Source of the DNA: Prasinococcaceae sp. CCMP 1430
Taxonomy: Eukaryota; Plantae; Prasinodermophyta
NCBI GenBank assembly: GCA_013416795.1
Contig: RQSC01000858.1
Span: 1 to 64,000, forward strand
Direction: 5' to 3'
DNA length: 64,000 nucleotides
Shown here in pieces: positions 1 to 10,384 of the stretch. Numbering within the stretch: position 1 is the stretch's first letter; every line of letters starts with the position of its first letter. The translations under genes and the position numbers were made by a program. The notes below the pieces were generated by a model. The model had not been told where the DNA came from, made no database searches, and saw nothing but the letters and a program-made list of their open reading frames with translations.

Positions 1-102
1 CCCGGCGGCTCGCCTGCGTTTCGATGGGGGCGCCGAACGCGGGCCTCCCCCCGCCGCCGCCGCGCGGCCATCGAAACGCACCCGCCCGTCGCGCCCCCCC
101 TT

Positions 103-296
103 TATTTTCTTTTTATTTTTAAATATCCGGTTTTTTTAGCGAAATGAACTCGCTTTGGTGGTGACATATTTTCTTTTTATTTTTAAATATCCAGGTTTTT
201 TTTAGCGACATGAACTCGCTTTGGTGGTGACATATTTTCTTTTATTTTTAAATATCCAGTTTTTTTTGAGCGAAATGAACTCGCTTTGGTGGTGAC
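103..296. repeat. AT-rich tandem repeat, three copies of a ~64-bp unit
   Basis: The unit TATTTTCTTTTTATTTTTAAATATCC(A/G)G(T)nAGCGA(A/C)ATGAACTCGCTTTGGTGGTGAC(A) is read directly at 103-166, 167-232 and 233-296. Confidence 0.95.
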
Positions 297-855
297 GCGT
301 CCATTTTCATTTTCATTTTTATGGCCGTTTTCTTGAACAAAAAACGTGCTTGGCAGTTGCGCTTTTTATTTCATTTTTGGTTGACGACGCGTGATCGAAA
401 GGAATGCGTTTTTCTTTTTCTTTTTCTTTTTCTTTTTCTTTTTTATTATCCCCCCCCCGCCTCCTCCCCGCGCGCCCGGGGCGCGCGTGGCGCCGCGACG
501 CGGCGGCGATCGGGGTACGCGTCGGGCCTAATTGCGGTTCTTACCTAGGGTTTACAGACGAGCGCCGGGGCGGGGCGCGCCCCTCGCGTGGGACGTGTGC
601 CGGGGCGTCGAGGCCGGGGCGCGCCCCTCGCGCGGGACAGTACACCTGCTTGATGCTCTTCTGCCCCTTGCGCGGGACGTGTGCCGGGGCGTCCACGCAG
701 GCATGGCCACGCGCGCGCCGCTAGCCGCACGCGCGCGCCGCTAGCCGTGGGCACGCACGGATGGCGGAGCGAGCGACGTTGAGTGGGGCGACTCGCGCGC
801 AAGTGTTCTGCCGACCTGCTCGTTCGTGGGCGAGGGGTCTGCTCTAAGCCCGCCG

Positions 856-3231
856 TCACCCTTGGCCGACGCCCACGAGCGGGGCGTACACGCACCGACC
901 GTAGGGACTCTCCACCATCTCGCCGTTGACGCCCACGCCGACCACGTGTAGTGCCGCGAAGCTCGGCCCCCCTTCGGTGCGCACGTCCGCGAAGGCTTTC
1001 CGACGCAGCTGGTACGCCTTCCTGCAGAGGTCGTTGGCCCGCACGCGACTCGACCGCCGCATGACCGCGGCGACCTCCTCAGCGAAGTTGCAACGCAGCA
1101 GCTCGGCGCGCACCTCCGCCGAGGTGAGCCACGCCAGCAGAACGAAGGTCACAAAGGATGGGTCGTTGGCTACGACGTGGTCCTGCACCATCAGCCACTC
1201 GTCACGTGCAAGCACCTCGGAGAAGGCGCTGCGCAGCAGTGGCCATGCGTACACCACGGGACCGGCAGCCGCGCTTGAGAGCGACGCCCACAGCGGCGTG
1301 TCGTTCGCGGCGAGCAGATCGTCGATAGCACGCAACGGCGAGCGCGGTGGGCCCGGGAAGCCCCCGCGCATCAGGCCTGCGTACTGATTCATGAGAAGGG
1401 ACGCGACCGCCTCGAAGCACGCATGCTCCTCAATCCGGAAGAGCGCGACGAAGGGGAACACAAGACTGGGCAGCCACTCGGCCGCGCTTAGGGGCTCGCA
1501 CCATGCCGCAAGGCAGCCCAACACGCGCTCCGTGCGTGCGGCCAGCCGCCCATCTCGGATAGCCGCGACCTCAGCAAAGCCTTGCACGATGCCGCGCGCC
1601 AGGGACGCCCGCATGGTGGCAGCATATGCCTGGCCCAGCATGGGTAGTCGCAGCAAGTGTGTCCACACGAGCCTCCGGTGGCGCTCTGGAAACGAGCCGT
1701 AGCTCTCGAGCAGACCGCGCAGGCGCGTGCGCGAGCTTTCAAAGCCATCGCGTGCGAGCATCTCCCCAATGCCGTCTCGCGCGCCCGCACCGACCACGAA
1801 TGGATAGTGAGCCTCGTGCGGTGGCCCGACGATGGCGTCCTTGGTCAGCGCCCAGCGCAAGCTGCACGCCTTTGCAACCTTAGGATCGACCCCAGGGATG
1901 TCGTACTGCATGGGCGGTGTGGACGCGGCCGCGTGTGCATGGCGCGAGGGTACCGAGTAGGGCCGCGCCGTCGACGCTGTTGCTGGCGTCGACGGCGTCA
2001 TTCCAGCGGTGCGTCCAGGCGAACGCCCGCGGGCATGTGCGCGCGCGGGCGTGCCCCTGCGGGCCTCGGCTTCCATCTCCGCCTCGATCTCAGTCTCGAC
2101 TTCCGCCTCGAGTTCCCCATCATCGAGCAGCGGATACCCTCCCGCTGCAATCGGCCTTGCTCGTGACGGGCGCGGCGCGGCGACCGCCCCCGCCGCAGTG
2201 GCACGGCGAGCAACGTGCGCGTCGGCGTACAGTGTGAGTCTGCTCCCGCCGTGGCTAAGCACAGCGGTGTACCTGCCACACGCGTCAGCGGCCGCGGCCG
2301 TGCCAGCGATCGCTGACACTTGCGACGCCGTCGCGAGATTAATATAGTGCACAGTGGCGTCCGAGCAGAGCACAGATATCACGTTGCACCCGCGCACGAA
2401 GGAGAGCGAGGTCGCACCCGTTGCGGGCTCAGGCAGCTGCACCGCGTGCGAGAAGGCGCCGGTTGGGCCGTCCCAAACCATCACGAAGGGCGTGTCGCCA
2501 ACCGCGCACAGCAGAGTGCCGTCCGGAGACATGGCCGCGGCAGCGAGCGTCGTGTCGTCGTCGATGATGGCGTTGTCCTCCACGCGCGCGTCGACGGCAC
2601 CAGTCGCCGTGTTCCACACCAGCGGGACAGTGTGCCCCGTGAAGGTCACCAGCACCTCATCGTCGCGCGCGCTGAAGCCCGCGGACGTCGCCGCGTACGG
2701 CCCGACAGTGAGCGCCGAGATGCGCGAGTGGTCGTGCAGCGACCACAGCACGATGGCGTCGGCGGACACGCTGAGCATCGTCCCCCCCCGCGGATGGGCG
2801 TGGACTGCGGTCACGGGAGCGTTGTGCACCTTCGACAGCGTGGACACACCCTCCCCGCATTTGGAGACGTCGACCATTCGCATCGAGCCGTCGGCGAAAG
2901 CCGCGATGAGCTCTGTGCGCCGCCCGCGCCGCGTGGAGAAGCACACAGCCGTCGCGGCGCCGCCGCGCGGGCGGCTCACCGCCGTACACCAGCGGTTGTG
3001 ACGCATCCGCAACGCGAAGAGCCGCCCGCGGGCGTCGCCCAGCGCCACGTCGTCGCCTGTCGCGCTCACGCACACGGCGGTGAACGCGCTCTCGCCGCTC
3101 GCCGCGCTGCCACCCAGTGCAACGCGCGCGTCCCACGCGTCGACGGTGAGAAGCGCGCCGTCCTCGCGCATGGGCGGCTTGTGCGTCCACACCCTCCCGC
3201 CCCGGCCCTTCAGGACCAGCGAGCACGCCAT
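856..3231 (-). CDS. TBC1D31: WD40-repeat plus TBC (Rab-GAP) domain protein, TBC1D31/WDR67-like
   Basis: 791-aa ORF with N-terminal WD40-like repeats, then LRGLLESYGSFPERHRRLVWTHLLRLP and WLPSLVFPFV..LF..W..LLRSAFSEVL..DEWL...DHV, as in TBC1D31. The 3' end may be spliced further (possible GTGCGT donor near 893). Confidence 0.8.
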   Translation of the reverse strand: MACSLVLKGRGGRVWTHKPPMREDGALLTVDAWDARVALGGSAASGESAFTAVCVSATGDDVALGDARGRLFALRMRHNRWCTAVSRPRGGAATAVCFSTRRGRRTELIAAFADGSMRMVDVSKCGEGVSTLSKVHNAPVTAVHAHPRGGTMLSVSADAIVLWSLHDHSRISALTVGPYAATSAGFSARDDEVLVTFTGHTVPLVWNTATGAVDARVEDNAIIDDDTTLAAAAMSPDGTLLCAVGDTPFVMVWDGPTGAFSHAVQLPEPATGATSLSFVRGCNVISVLCSDATVHYINLATASQVSAIAGTAAAADACGRYTAVLSHGGSRLTLYADAHVARRATAAGAVAAPRPSRARPIAAGGYPLLDDGELEAEVETEIEAEMEAEARRGTPARAHARGRSPGRTAGMTPSTPATASTARPYSVPSRHAHAAASTPPMQYDIPGVDPKVAKACSLRWALTKDAIVGPPHEAHYPFVVGAGARDGIGEMLARDGFESSRTRLRGLLESYGSFPERHRRLVWTHLLRLPMLGQAYAATMRASLARGIVQGFAEVAAIRDGRLAARTERVLGCLAAWCEPLSAAEWLPSLVFPFVALFRIEEHACFEAVASLLMNQYAGLMRGGFPGPPRSPLRAIDDLLAANDTPLWASLSSAAAGPVVYAWPLLRSAFSEVLARDEWLMVQDHVVANDPSFVTFVLLAWLTSAEVRAELLRCNFAEEVAAVMRRSSRVRANDLCRKAYQLRRKAFADVRTEGGPSFAALHVVGVGVNGEMVESPYGRCVYAPLVGVGQG

Positions 3232-3555
3232 CGCGCCTCGCCCAGCACCACGGCGTGCCCGGCGCGCGCGCCCAGCCCGGGGGCTTGACGCGGCGCGGCG
3301 CGCTCACACGCGACCACTCTGGCGTGTGAGAACGCACTTGCGCACCGCCTGCACGCGTGCGCGCACGTAGGAGCTGGGGTCGGGGCGTGGGAGGGGGGCA
3401 CTGCTGGGAAGGAGGGGGGGGGAGGGGCGGGAGGGGGGCGAGCCTGGCGCGCGCCGCGCCCCGGGGAACGCGCGGTCTCGCATTTCGCCGGCGCATTGCG
3501 CGAATACTTATTACATCTTAGATACGTCTCGCACCGCGGCATGCGCAACAAAACT

Positions 3556-3692
3556 CCGTTGTTTTAACCCCGTCCGTTGTCGCCCGTTGGGCGTCAGCTC
3601 GCGCGCGGGCAACAACAACGGCCGTCCGCAGCGCGGGTCGAATTTTGACCCGCCGTTATTTCTTGAATGTCTTTGTTCGTCACAAATAACGG
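3556..3692. promoter_or_regulatory. Cluster of six YAACGG (MSA/MYB-like) motifs in the TBC1D31/SRP68 divergent intergenic region
   Basis: CCGTTG at 3556, 3574 and 3584, CAACGG at 3616, CCGTTA at 3653, TAACGG at 3687. Function is inferred from the plant MSA core. Confidence 0.5.
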
Positions 3693-3874
3693 ACATGCCG
3701 AATCCAAGTCATCGAAAACACAATGCGTGAAACCGTAGATTTGGGTTACGTTGTTTGGAGCCGGGTCGATTTCGGGTAGGGTCCACAAATATTTAGATTT
3801 AGATTTAGATTTCGCCGCGCGCCGGCGGCGGCCACTGCGCGCGCGCGCGCGCGCGCCCCACGCCGGCGGCGGCG

Positions 3875-6142
3875 ATGGAGGAGGGGGCGGCGATGGCGTC
3901 GATCGACTTCGAGGGTGCGTGGTGCGCGCGTCACCGCCCTGCACCAACCACACGCACCGCACGAACCCCGCTCATCACCTTTTGCGCCCGCGCGCGCGCG
4001 CCCGGCCGTCCTGTCTTCCCAGCCGCCGGCGCGCCACTGCCAGCAATGCGCGCGGTCCCAGTGAAGCTGACTCGCCCGGCATCCCCTTCCCCACATACAC
4101 ACCTCCCCTCCTCGCCGGCACCGGAACGCCTCTTTGCGCGCGCGCGCCCACGCGCACCGCGCAGCGCTTGGTACCATCCGCGCCGCGCAGGCGCTGCACG
4201 GGGTGCGCCACGGCGACTACCGCCGCTACAGGTGCGCGCCGCCCCCGCCGCCCCCAGCTGCGCCGCGCCGACAATTCAGAGCAACCCTAGGCACCCGGGC
4301 GCGGGCGCGGGTGTCTGCCGCTGACTGCCCGCGCGCGCGCACTCCGGCGCCTGTGCGACCATGACCTACAGGCGCTACTGCGCCCGCCGCGCTGCGCGCC
4401 TCATCAAGGTCCTCGGTCAGCAGCAGCCGCGCAAGTACAGCAAGGAGCGGAGCGGCCCTGCTGGCATCGTCGGGAAGGGCCAGGCCGCGCATGATGAGCG
4501 GCAGCTGCTCGTGTTGATTGCGCACGCGGAGCGCGCGTGGGCGTACGCGATGGAGCTCAAGGCGGACCCCACCGCGCCACGCTCGGTCGGGCGCCACGCT
4601 GCCTCGCGCCTGCGCAAGGCTGTCAAGTGGGCGAGCGAGCTCGCCCGCGTCGCCGCCGCGCAGGCGCCCAGGCGCGCCGCGCTCGAATGCGAGGCGTACA
4701 GCAGCTGGCTCTCGGCGACGCAGATCATGGAGCAGGCTGCGTCTAAGGAGGCCTGGACCGCAGCGCTAGAGAAGCTCCGCCGTGTGAGGGCGGCTCTTGG
4801 CGAGGCGGAGCCGCTCGGGGACGCTGAGGCACACGCGCGGTGCAGGCAATTCATGGTCGAGATCGAGCCGGCGATGAAATACTGCGAGTATAAGGGCGGC
4901 GACGCGTCCGGGCCCGAGCCGGTGCTCACGTTGCCTGGCGCGAGCCTTGGAAACGATGCTGCGGCCCCTGCCGCTTCGACAGAGGCGGCCGGGTCGGGCG
5001 AGCCGGTGACGCTGTGCTGGCGCGGACAGGAGCACGTGGTGACCAGCGGTGCTGTTCACGCGGCAGCTGCCCGAGCGCAGGCGGCAAGCGAGAAGCTCGC
5101 CATGGACTCGAGTGCGACTGACGGGGGCGGTGAGGGCGGCGATGGTGGGGACGCGAAGGATAGTGTGGAGGAGGGCCGCATGGGTGTGTACGACAGCCTA
5201 CTGATGGCGTACAGCGACGCGCAGTCAGCCGCGCGCAGTGCCGGGGCCAGCGACGACGTGCAGGCGTGCCTGAAGGGGCTGTACCTGGAGGCGTCGATTG
5301 CACGTAGCGAGGAGATGGTGCGCCACAGCCTGTCGCGCTGGGAGGCATCGCAGGCCGCGTCGTCAAGGGGCAGCGAGGCGGACAAGGGGGTAGGAAAGGG
5401 CAAGGGGGGCAAGAACAAGCAGCAGGGGCGCGTGGTGCGCATCGGGGACGTGCTGCACCTTCTGGAGACTGTCGCTGCGACAACCAAGGAGCTCGGCGGC
5501 GTCTCTCCCGATGACCAGGTGCTCGCGGCGGAGTGTGTGGCCTCGGAGGCGGTGACGCATGCGCGCCGCTGCACCTACCTCGCAGGTGCTCACGCTCGCG
5601 AGCAGAGGCTGGCCGAGGCCGAGAGCCTGCTTTCGCTCGCCGGCGAGTCCCTGAGCCGTGCGCAGCAGCTCTTCGAGCGTCTGGACGGCGCTGGTGATGG
5701 TGCTGGTGCGGGTGCAGTGAGCGGCTACGCGGCCCGCGTGCGGAGTGAGCTTGCCGACGTCGACGCCCGTTCGCGCTCGCTCCGCTGCGTCGTGCGCGCG
5801 CGCAGCGCCACCGCTGGTCTGTCGGCCACTCGCGACGCGGAGAGGGGGATGGCGGGCGTCGGGCTGGGGGCCAGCGCCGGTGCGAGCGCGACCCGGCCAG
5901 CGCTGCACCTCTCGACGGCCGCGTGCGAGTTCGTGAGCTACCTCGCGCCCAAGACCACCGACGGGGGTTTGGCGGAGGTGCCGCCCGCCTTCGAGGCGGT
6001 TCCGGCGCGTCCCATCATGTTCGACATTGCCGCATCTGCCATCGACTACCCGGACATGTCGGAGTTCAAGCCCAAGGAGGACAAGGCCGGCAGCTACATG
6101 GGCGGCTTCGCCAAGTCGCTGTTCGGCTGGGGCAGCAAGTAG
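3875..6142 (+). CDS. SRP68: Signal recognition particle subunit SRP68, 3 exons (3875-3914, 4165-4231, 4372-6142)
   Basis: Splicing at GT..AG sites restores AQALHGVRHGDYRRYRRYCARR. Also AERAWAYAMELK, SRLRKAVKWA and C-terminal PARPIMFDIA..IDYPD are SRP68 motifs. Confidence 0.92.
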
Positions 6143-6268
6143 GGTGTGGCGCTCCGCTCCCCCCGATCCCCCGCGCGCGCGGCGCCGCCGCTCGCCGGGC
6201 GTGTAAACAGCGACGGGCGCGTGCATCGGCGCCGGGGCCGAGGGGCGCGCGGGCGAAGGCGCTGCGCC

Positions 6269-6628
6269 NNNNNNNNNNNNNNNNNNNNNNNNNNNNNNNN
6301 NNNNNNNNNNNNNNNNNNNNNNNNNNNNNNNNNNNNNNNNNNNNNNNNNNNNNNNNNNNNNNNNNNNNNNNNNNNNNNNNNNNNNNNNNNNNNNNNNNNN
6401 NNNNNNNNNNNNNNNNNNNNNNNNNNNNNNNNNNNNNNNNNNNNNNNNNNNNNNNNNNNNNNNNNNNNNNNNNNNNNNNNNNNNNNNNNNNNNNNNNNNN
6501 NNNNNNNNNNNNNNNNNNNNNNNNNNNNNNNNNNNNNNNNNNNNNNNNNNNNNNNNNNNNNNNNNNNNNNNNNNNNNNNNNNNNNNNNNNNNNNNNNNNN
6601 NNNNNNNNNNNNNNNNNNNNNNNNNNNN
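6269..6628. other. Assembly gap (360 N)
   Basis: Run of N in the sequence. Confidence 1.
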
Positions 6629-7174
6629 GCGCCCCCCGGTGGCCGCCCCACAACGGCCACTGCTGCTGCTGCTGCTGCGCTGCGCCGCGCGCCCCGCGGC
6701 CCCGAAGTTGGGCGCGCGCCTTTTGCCGTTCCGCTCCGGCGGCAGGGAGGGGAGCGAACGCGCGCCGCTCCGCTCCGCGCGCGGCGCCGCGCTCGCGTCT
6801 GCGCAAAGACGAGCAGCGGCAGCGCGCGCGCGCGCGAGCGCGCGCGCGCGCGAGCGCGCGCCGGCCGCTGCCCGCGAGAGAGAGCGGGAAGGGGCAGGAG
6901 GTAGCAGGAGGGGCGGGGGAAGGGGGCAGGGGGGGAAGGGACGGACTGGTAGAGCTTCGACCGCCGTGGCGCAGGCCCTGTCCGAGGTCTTCAGGCCCGG
7001 GGGAAGGGGGGTGGGAGCGGTGCACCGGGCGCGCGCTCGTGCGCTATGCGCGCCGATCGGCCGCCGATCGCCGCGGTGTGTGCCCGGCTTGCCCTCGCGC
7101 TGACGCGCCCTGTCCGCGTCACCCCGCCCTCGCCGCGCCGCCCTGCCGCGACAACCCTCGCGCGCTGCGCGTAG

Positions 7175-9364
7175 GCCGAGGAATCCGTCACCGCCGCCGC
7201 GCGTCCGATGCGCGAAGGCGGCGAGACGCACGAGTTCCAGGCCGAGGTGAGCCGCCTGATGGACATCATCATCAACTCGCTGTACTCCAACAAGGACATC
7301 TTCCTGCGCGAGCTGATCTCGAACGGGTCGGACGCGATGGACAAGATCCGCTTCGTGGCGCTCACCGACTCGGACGCGCTGGGCGAGGGCGACGCCGCCT
7401 CGCTCGACGTGCGCATCAAGATCGACAAGGAGAAGCGCATGCTCTCCATCCGCGACAAGGGCGTGGGCATGACCAAGAAGCACCTCGTTGAGCACCTCGG
7501 CACCATCGCCAAGTCGGGCACGGCCGCGTTCCTCGATACAATGGCGTCGGGCGGCGACATGTCGCTGATCGGCCAGTTCGGCGTCGGTTTCTACTCGGTG
7601 TACCTCGTGGCCGACCACGTCGAGGTTGTCACCAAGCACAACGACGACGCGCAGTACATCTGGGAGTCCAAGGCCGACGGCTCCTTCGTCATCACCGAGG
7701 ACACTGAGAATGAGCCCCTCGGCCGCGGCACCGACATTCGCATCTACCTGAAGGAGGAAATGCTCGAGTACCTCGAGGAGGAGAAGATCACCGACCTGGT
7801 GAAGCGCTACTCCGAATTCATCAACTTTCCCATCTACGTGTGGACCAGCTCGGAGTCCGAGGTCGAGGTGGAGATCCCCCAGGAGGAGCTCGAGGAGGCC
7901 GACGAGGGTGACGAGGGTGAGGCCATCGCCACCACCCGCATGGAGAAGGTGACCACTTACGACTGGGAGCGCGTGAACAACAACAAGGCCATCTGGCTGC
8001 GCTCGCCCAAGGACGTCGAGGAGGAGGACTACAACGAGTTCTACAAGTCACTGACCGGCGACTTCCAGGACCCGCTCGCGCACACCCACTTCGTGGCCGA
8101 GGGCGACGTCGAGTTCAAGGCCGTCCTCTTCGTGCCCAAGAACGCCCCAGCTGACCTCCTCAACGCTAACCTCGAGGGCGAGGCCTCGCTCAAGCTCTAC
8201 GTGCGCCGCGTGTTCATCAGCGACGAGTTCCACGAGCTCTTGCCCAACTACCTCAAGTTCATCAAGGGCCTGGTCGACTCCGACTCCCTGCCGCTGAACG
8301 TGTCGCGCGAAATGCTGCAGCAGCACTCCTCGCTCAAGACCATCAAGAAGAAGCTCGTGCGCAAGGCGCTCGACATGCTGCGCAAGATGGCTGACGAAGA
8401 GATGTATGTGGACGAGGGCGAGGAGGAGGCCGAGGACGACGACGCCCCCATGAAGTACAGCGAGTTCTGGAGCCAGTACGGCAAGGCCATCAAGCTCGGC
8501 ATCATCGACGACTCGTCCAACCGCTCGCGCCTGGCCAAGCTGCTGCGCTTCTACACCTCGTCATTCCCGGAGGAGCTCACCTCGCTCGAGGAGTACGTGG
8601 AGCGCATGAAGGAGGATCAGAAGCACATCTACTACCTCGCCTGCCAGTCGCAGGAGGAGTGCGCCGCGTCGCCCTTCGTTGAGAAGCTCATCAAGGATGG
8701 CTACGAGGTCATCTTCTTCACCGACGCTATCGATGAGTACGTCATGCAGTCCATGACCGAGTTCGACGACAAGTCCTTCCAGAACGCCTCCAAGGAGGAC
8801 ATGAAGATGGGCTCGACCGACACCGAGACCGCAGGCAAGATCAAGGAGCTCTACAAGCCGCTCACCAAGTGGTGGAAGGACGCCGTGGATTCGGACGAGC
8901 TGGAGGCCGTCAAGGTGTCGCAGCGCCTCACCAGCTCTCCGCTGGCGGTGGTCACCTCCAAGTACGGCTGGAGCGCCAACATGGAGCGCATCATGAAGGC
9001 GCAGGCGCTCGGGGCGGGTGCCGAGCAGCAGTCGTACATGAAGTCCAAGAAGACGCTCGAGATCAACCCCAGGCACCCGCTCATCATCAAGATGCTCGAG
9101 AAGGTGCACGAGGATTCGGAGGACGCGGCGCTCAAGACGCAGGCGTACCTGCTGTACGAGTCGGCGCTGCTCGAGTCGGGCTTCACCCCCGACGACCCCA
9201 AGGCCTTCAACGCCCGCCTGCTGCAATCGCTCCAGGGGGCCATCGGCGTCGAGTCCCTGGAGGTCGACGACGACTACGAATTCCCCTTCCCCGAGGAGGA
9301 GGAGGTCGTCGAGGAGGAGGAAGTCGCCGAGGAGCCCGCCGCGGCGGACCACAGCGAGCTGTAA
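7175..9364 (+). CDS. HSP90B: ER HSP90 (endoplasmin/GRP94); 5' signal-peptide exon not resolved
   Basis: EFQAEVSRLMDIIINSLYSNKDIFLRELISNGSDA, IGQFGVGFYS, LPLNVSREMLQQ, C-terminal HSEL retention-like signal. A branch point GCTGAC and acceptor GTAG at 7171-7174 precede the in-frame AEESVT. Confidence 0.93.
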   Translation, partial: AEESVTAAARPMREGGETHEFQAEVSRLMDIIINSLYSNKDIFLRELISNGSDAMDKIRFVALTDSDALGEGDAASLDVRIKIDKEKRMLSIRDKGVGMTKKHLVEHLGTIAKSGTAAFLDTMASGGDMSLIGQFGVGFYSVYLVADHVEVVTKHNDDAQYIWESKADGSFVITEDTENEPLGRGTDIRIYLKEEMLEYLEEEKITDLVKRYSEFINFPIYVWTSSESEVEVEIPQEELEEADEGDEGEAIATTRMEKVTTYDWERVNNNKAIWLRSPKDVEEEDYNEFYKSLTGDFQDPLAHTHFVAEGDVEFKAVLFVPKNAPADLLNANLEGEASLKLYVRRVFISDEFHELLPNYLKFIKGLVDSDSLPLNVSREMLQQHSSLKTIKKKLVRKALDMLRKMADEEMYVDEGEEEAEDDDAPMKYSEFWSQYGKAIKLGIIDDSSNRSRLAKLLRFYTSSFPEELTSLEEYVERMKEDQKHIYYLACQSQEECAASPFVEKLIKDGYEVIFFTDAIDEYVMQSMTEFDDKSFQNASKEDMKMGSTDTETAGKIKELYKPLTKWWKDAVDSDELEAVKVSQRLTSSPLAVVTSKYGWSANMERIMKAQALGAGAEQQSYMKSKKTLEINPRHPLIIKMLEKVHEDSEDAALKTQAYLLYESALLESGFTPDDPKAFNARLLQSLQGAIGVESLEVDDDYEFPFPEEEEVVEEEEVAEEPAAADHSEL

Positions 9365-9545
9365 ATTCCCACCCGCCTCGCGCAAGCGACACACGCAGCT
9401 GCTGAATTTTATCTCACGCACGGCCCCCGATGTCGGCGCCCCGCGGCGCGCTCGCTCTCATCGTCCCACCATGCGCTTGGTCGTAGATGTGTTCGTTTAC
9501 AGCAAAAATGGGACGCCCTGCGAGCAGCTCTTTCGCCCGGGCGGC

Positions 9546-10384
9546 TTACAGGTCCTCACTGTCGGGGTTGTACGCGCCGACGGCCTTGCGCGCCTTGGCG
9601 ACGTCTTCCGGCAGCAGGGTGTTCCGGTCGACGAACTTCTTTGGCTCGTCCTTGATCATTGACCAGCCGATGTAGCCCGCGAGCGGCACCGAGGAGAATG
9701 CGAGCACGTTGAGCATGATGGCCTGCGGCAGCGGCGCGAAAGTGCAGGTATCCGTGTCGAAAAGGGGCTCGGGGTTCACGCAACCCGAGTACCACTTGAG
9801 CTCGGCCTCCTCAGGGAACTGCGTGGGCACAACCGAGGAAGCGGCGCGCCGCACAACACAAGCGGCGCCGGGGGCGCACGACGCGGCAGATGCGAGCGTT
9901 CAGGCAGGCAGCGGGGTCAGCGCGGCGCACTAAGGTGGCAGCTACGGGACGCTCGGGCACTTTTATGCCCCAAACAAGTCCCAACATGCCCATCCCGCTC
10001 CACACCGGCAGTGGGATGGCGCAATAGCGCGTCCGTGTGCGCTTAGAGCGCACGCGCGATTTAGGGTTGGCGAAGAGTCGCCAAGCGGTGGCGGCAGGGC
10101 GCGGCGTCGCACGCGTTTGCCAGCGCGCCCAGGCCTGAGCGCTCCACATCATCGCGGCATTCGCCGGCCCACGCGCGAGTGTGGGGTCAGGAGGCCCCAC
10201 CTGCGCCCGCAACCCCTCCCCCCCGCGCCAGCCCGCGCGAGCAGCGCGCACGCACCGGCGTCTCGGGCGCCCTCGCATACTTCACAGGTAGGCCCATGCC
10301 GCCGGCGGCGGGCGCCGACGTCTGCAGGCCGCGGACGCCGCGCGGCGCCAGCCGCATCAGCTCCCGCGCTTTGCTCGCGAGCAT
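9546..10384 (-). CDS. NDUFB8: Mitochondrial complex I subunit NDUFB8 (ASHI)-like, 2 exons (10384-10256, 9818-9546)
   Basis: The spliced product MLASKARELMRLAPRG..GGMGLPVKYARAPETP|FPEEAELKWYSGCVNPEPLFD plus one TM helix resembles plant NDUFB8 (GMGLPV..P..EL.W..G...PEP..D). Canonical GTGCGT donor and CAG acceptor. An alternative start is at 10414. Confidence 0.78.

Noticed and set aside
540-840. Possible second complement-only segment (its complement reads ATGGATCCC...MWTNYEKTGNAPCTRPR followed by GTGCGT)
   Set aside because: The direct, reverse-complement and complement readings share the same GC periodicity and all look similarly plausible. There is no matching template in the window, unlike 57503-57618.
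5363-7639. Long ORFs 5363-7639, 5923-7491 and 12045-14045
   Set aside because: They read through N gaps, so they are chimeric. Only the IQ-containing part of the last one is retained.
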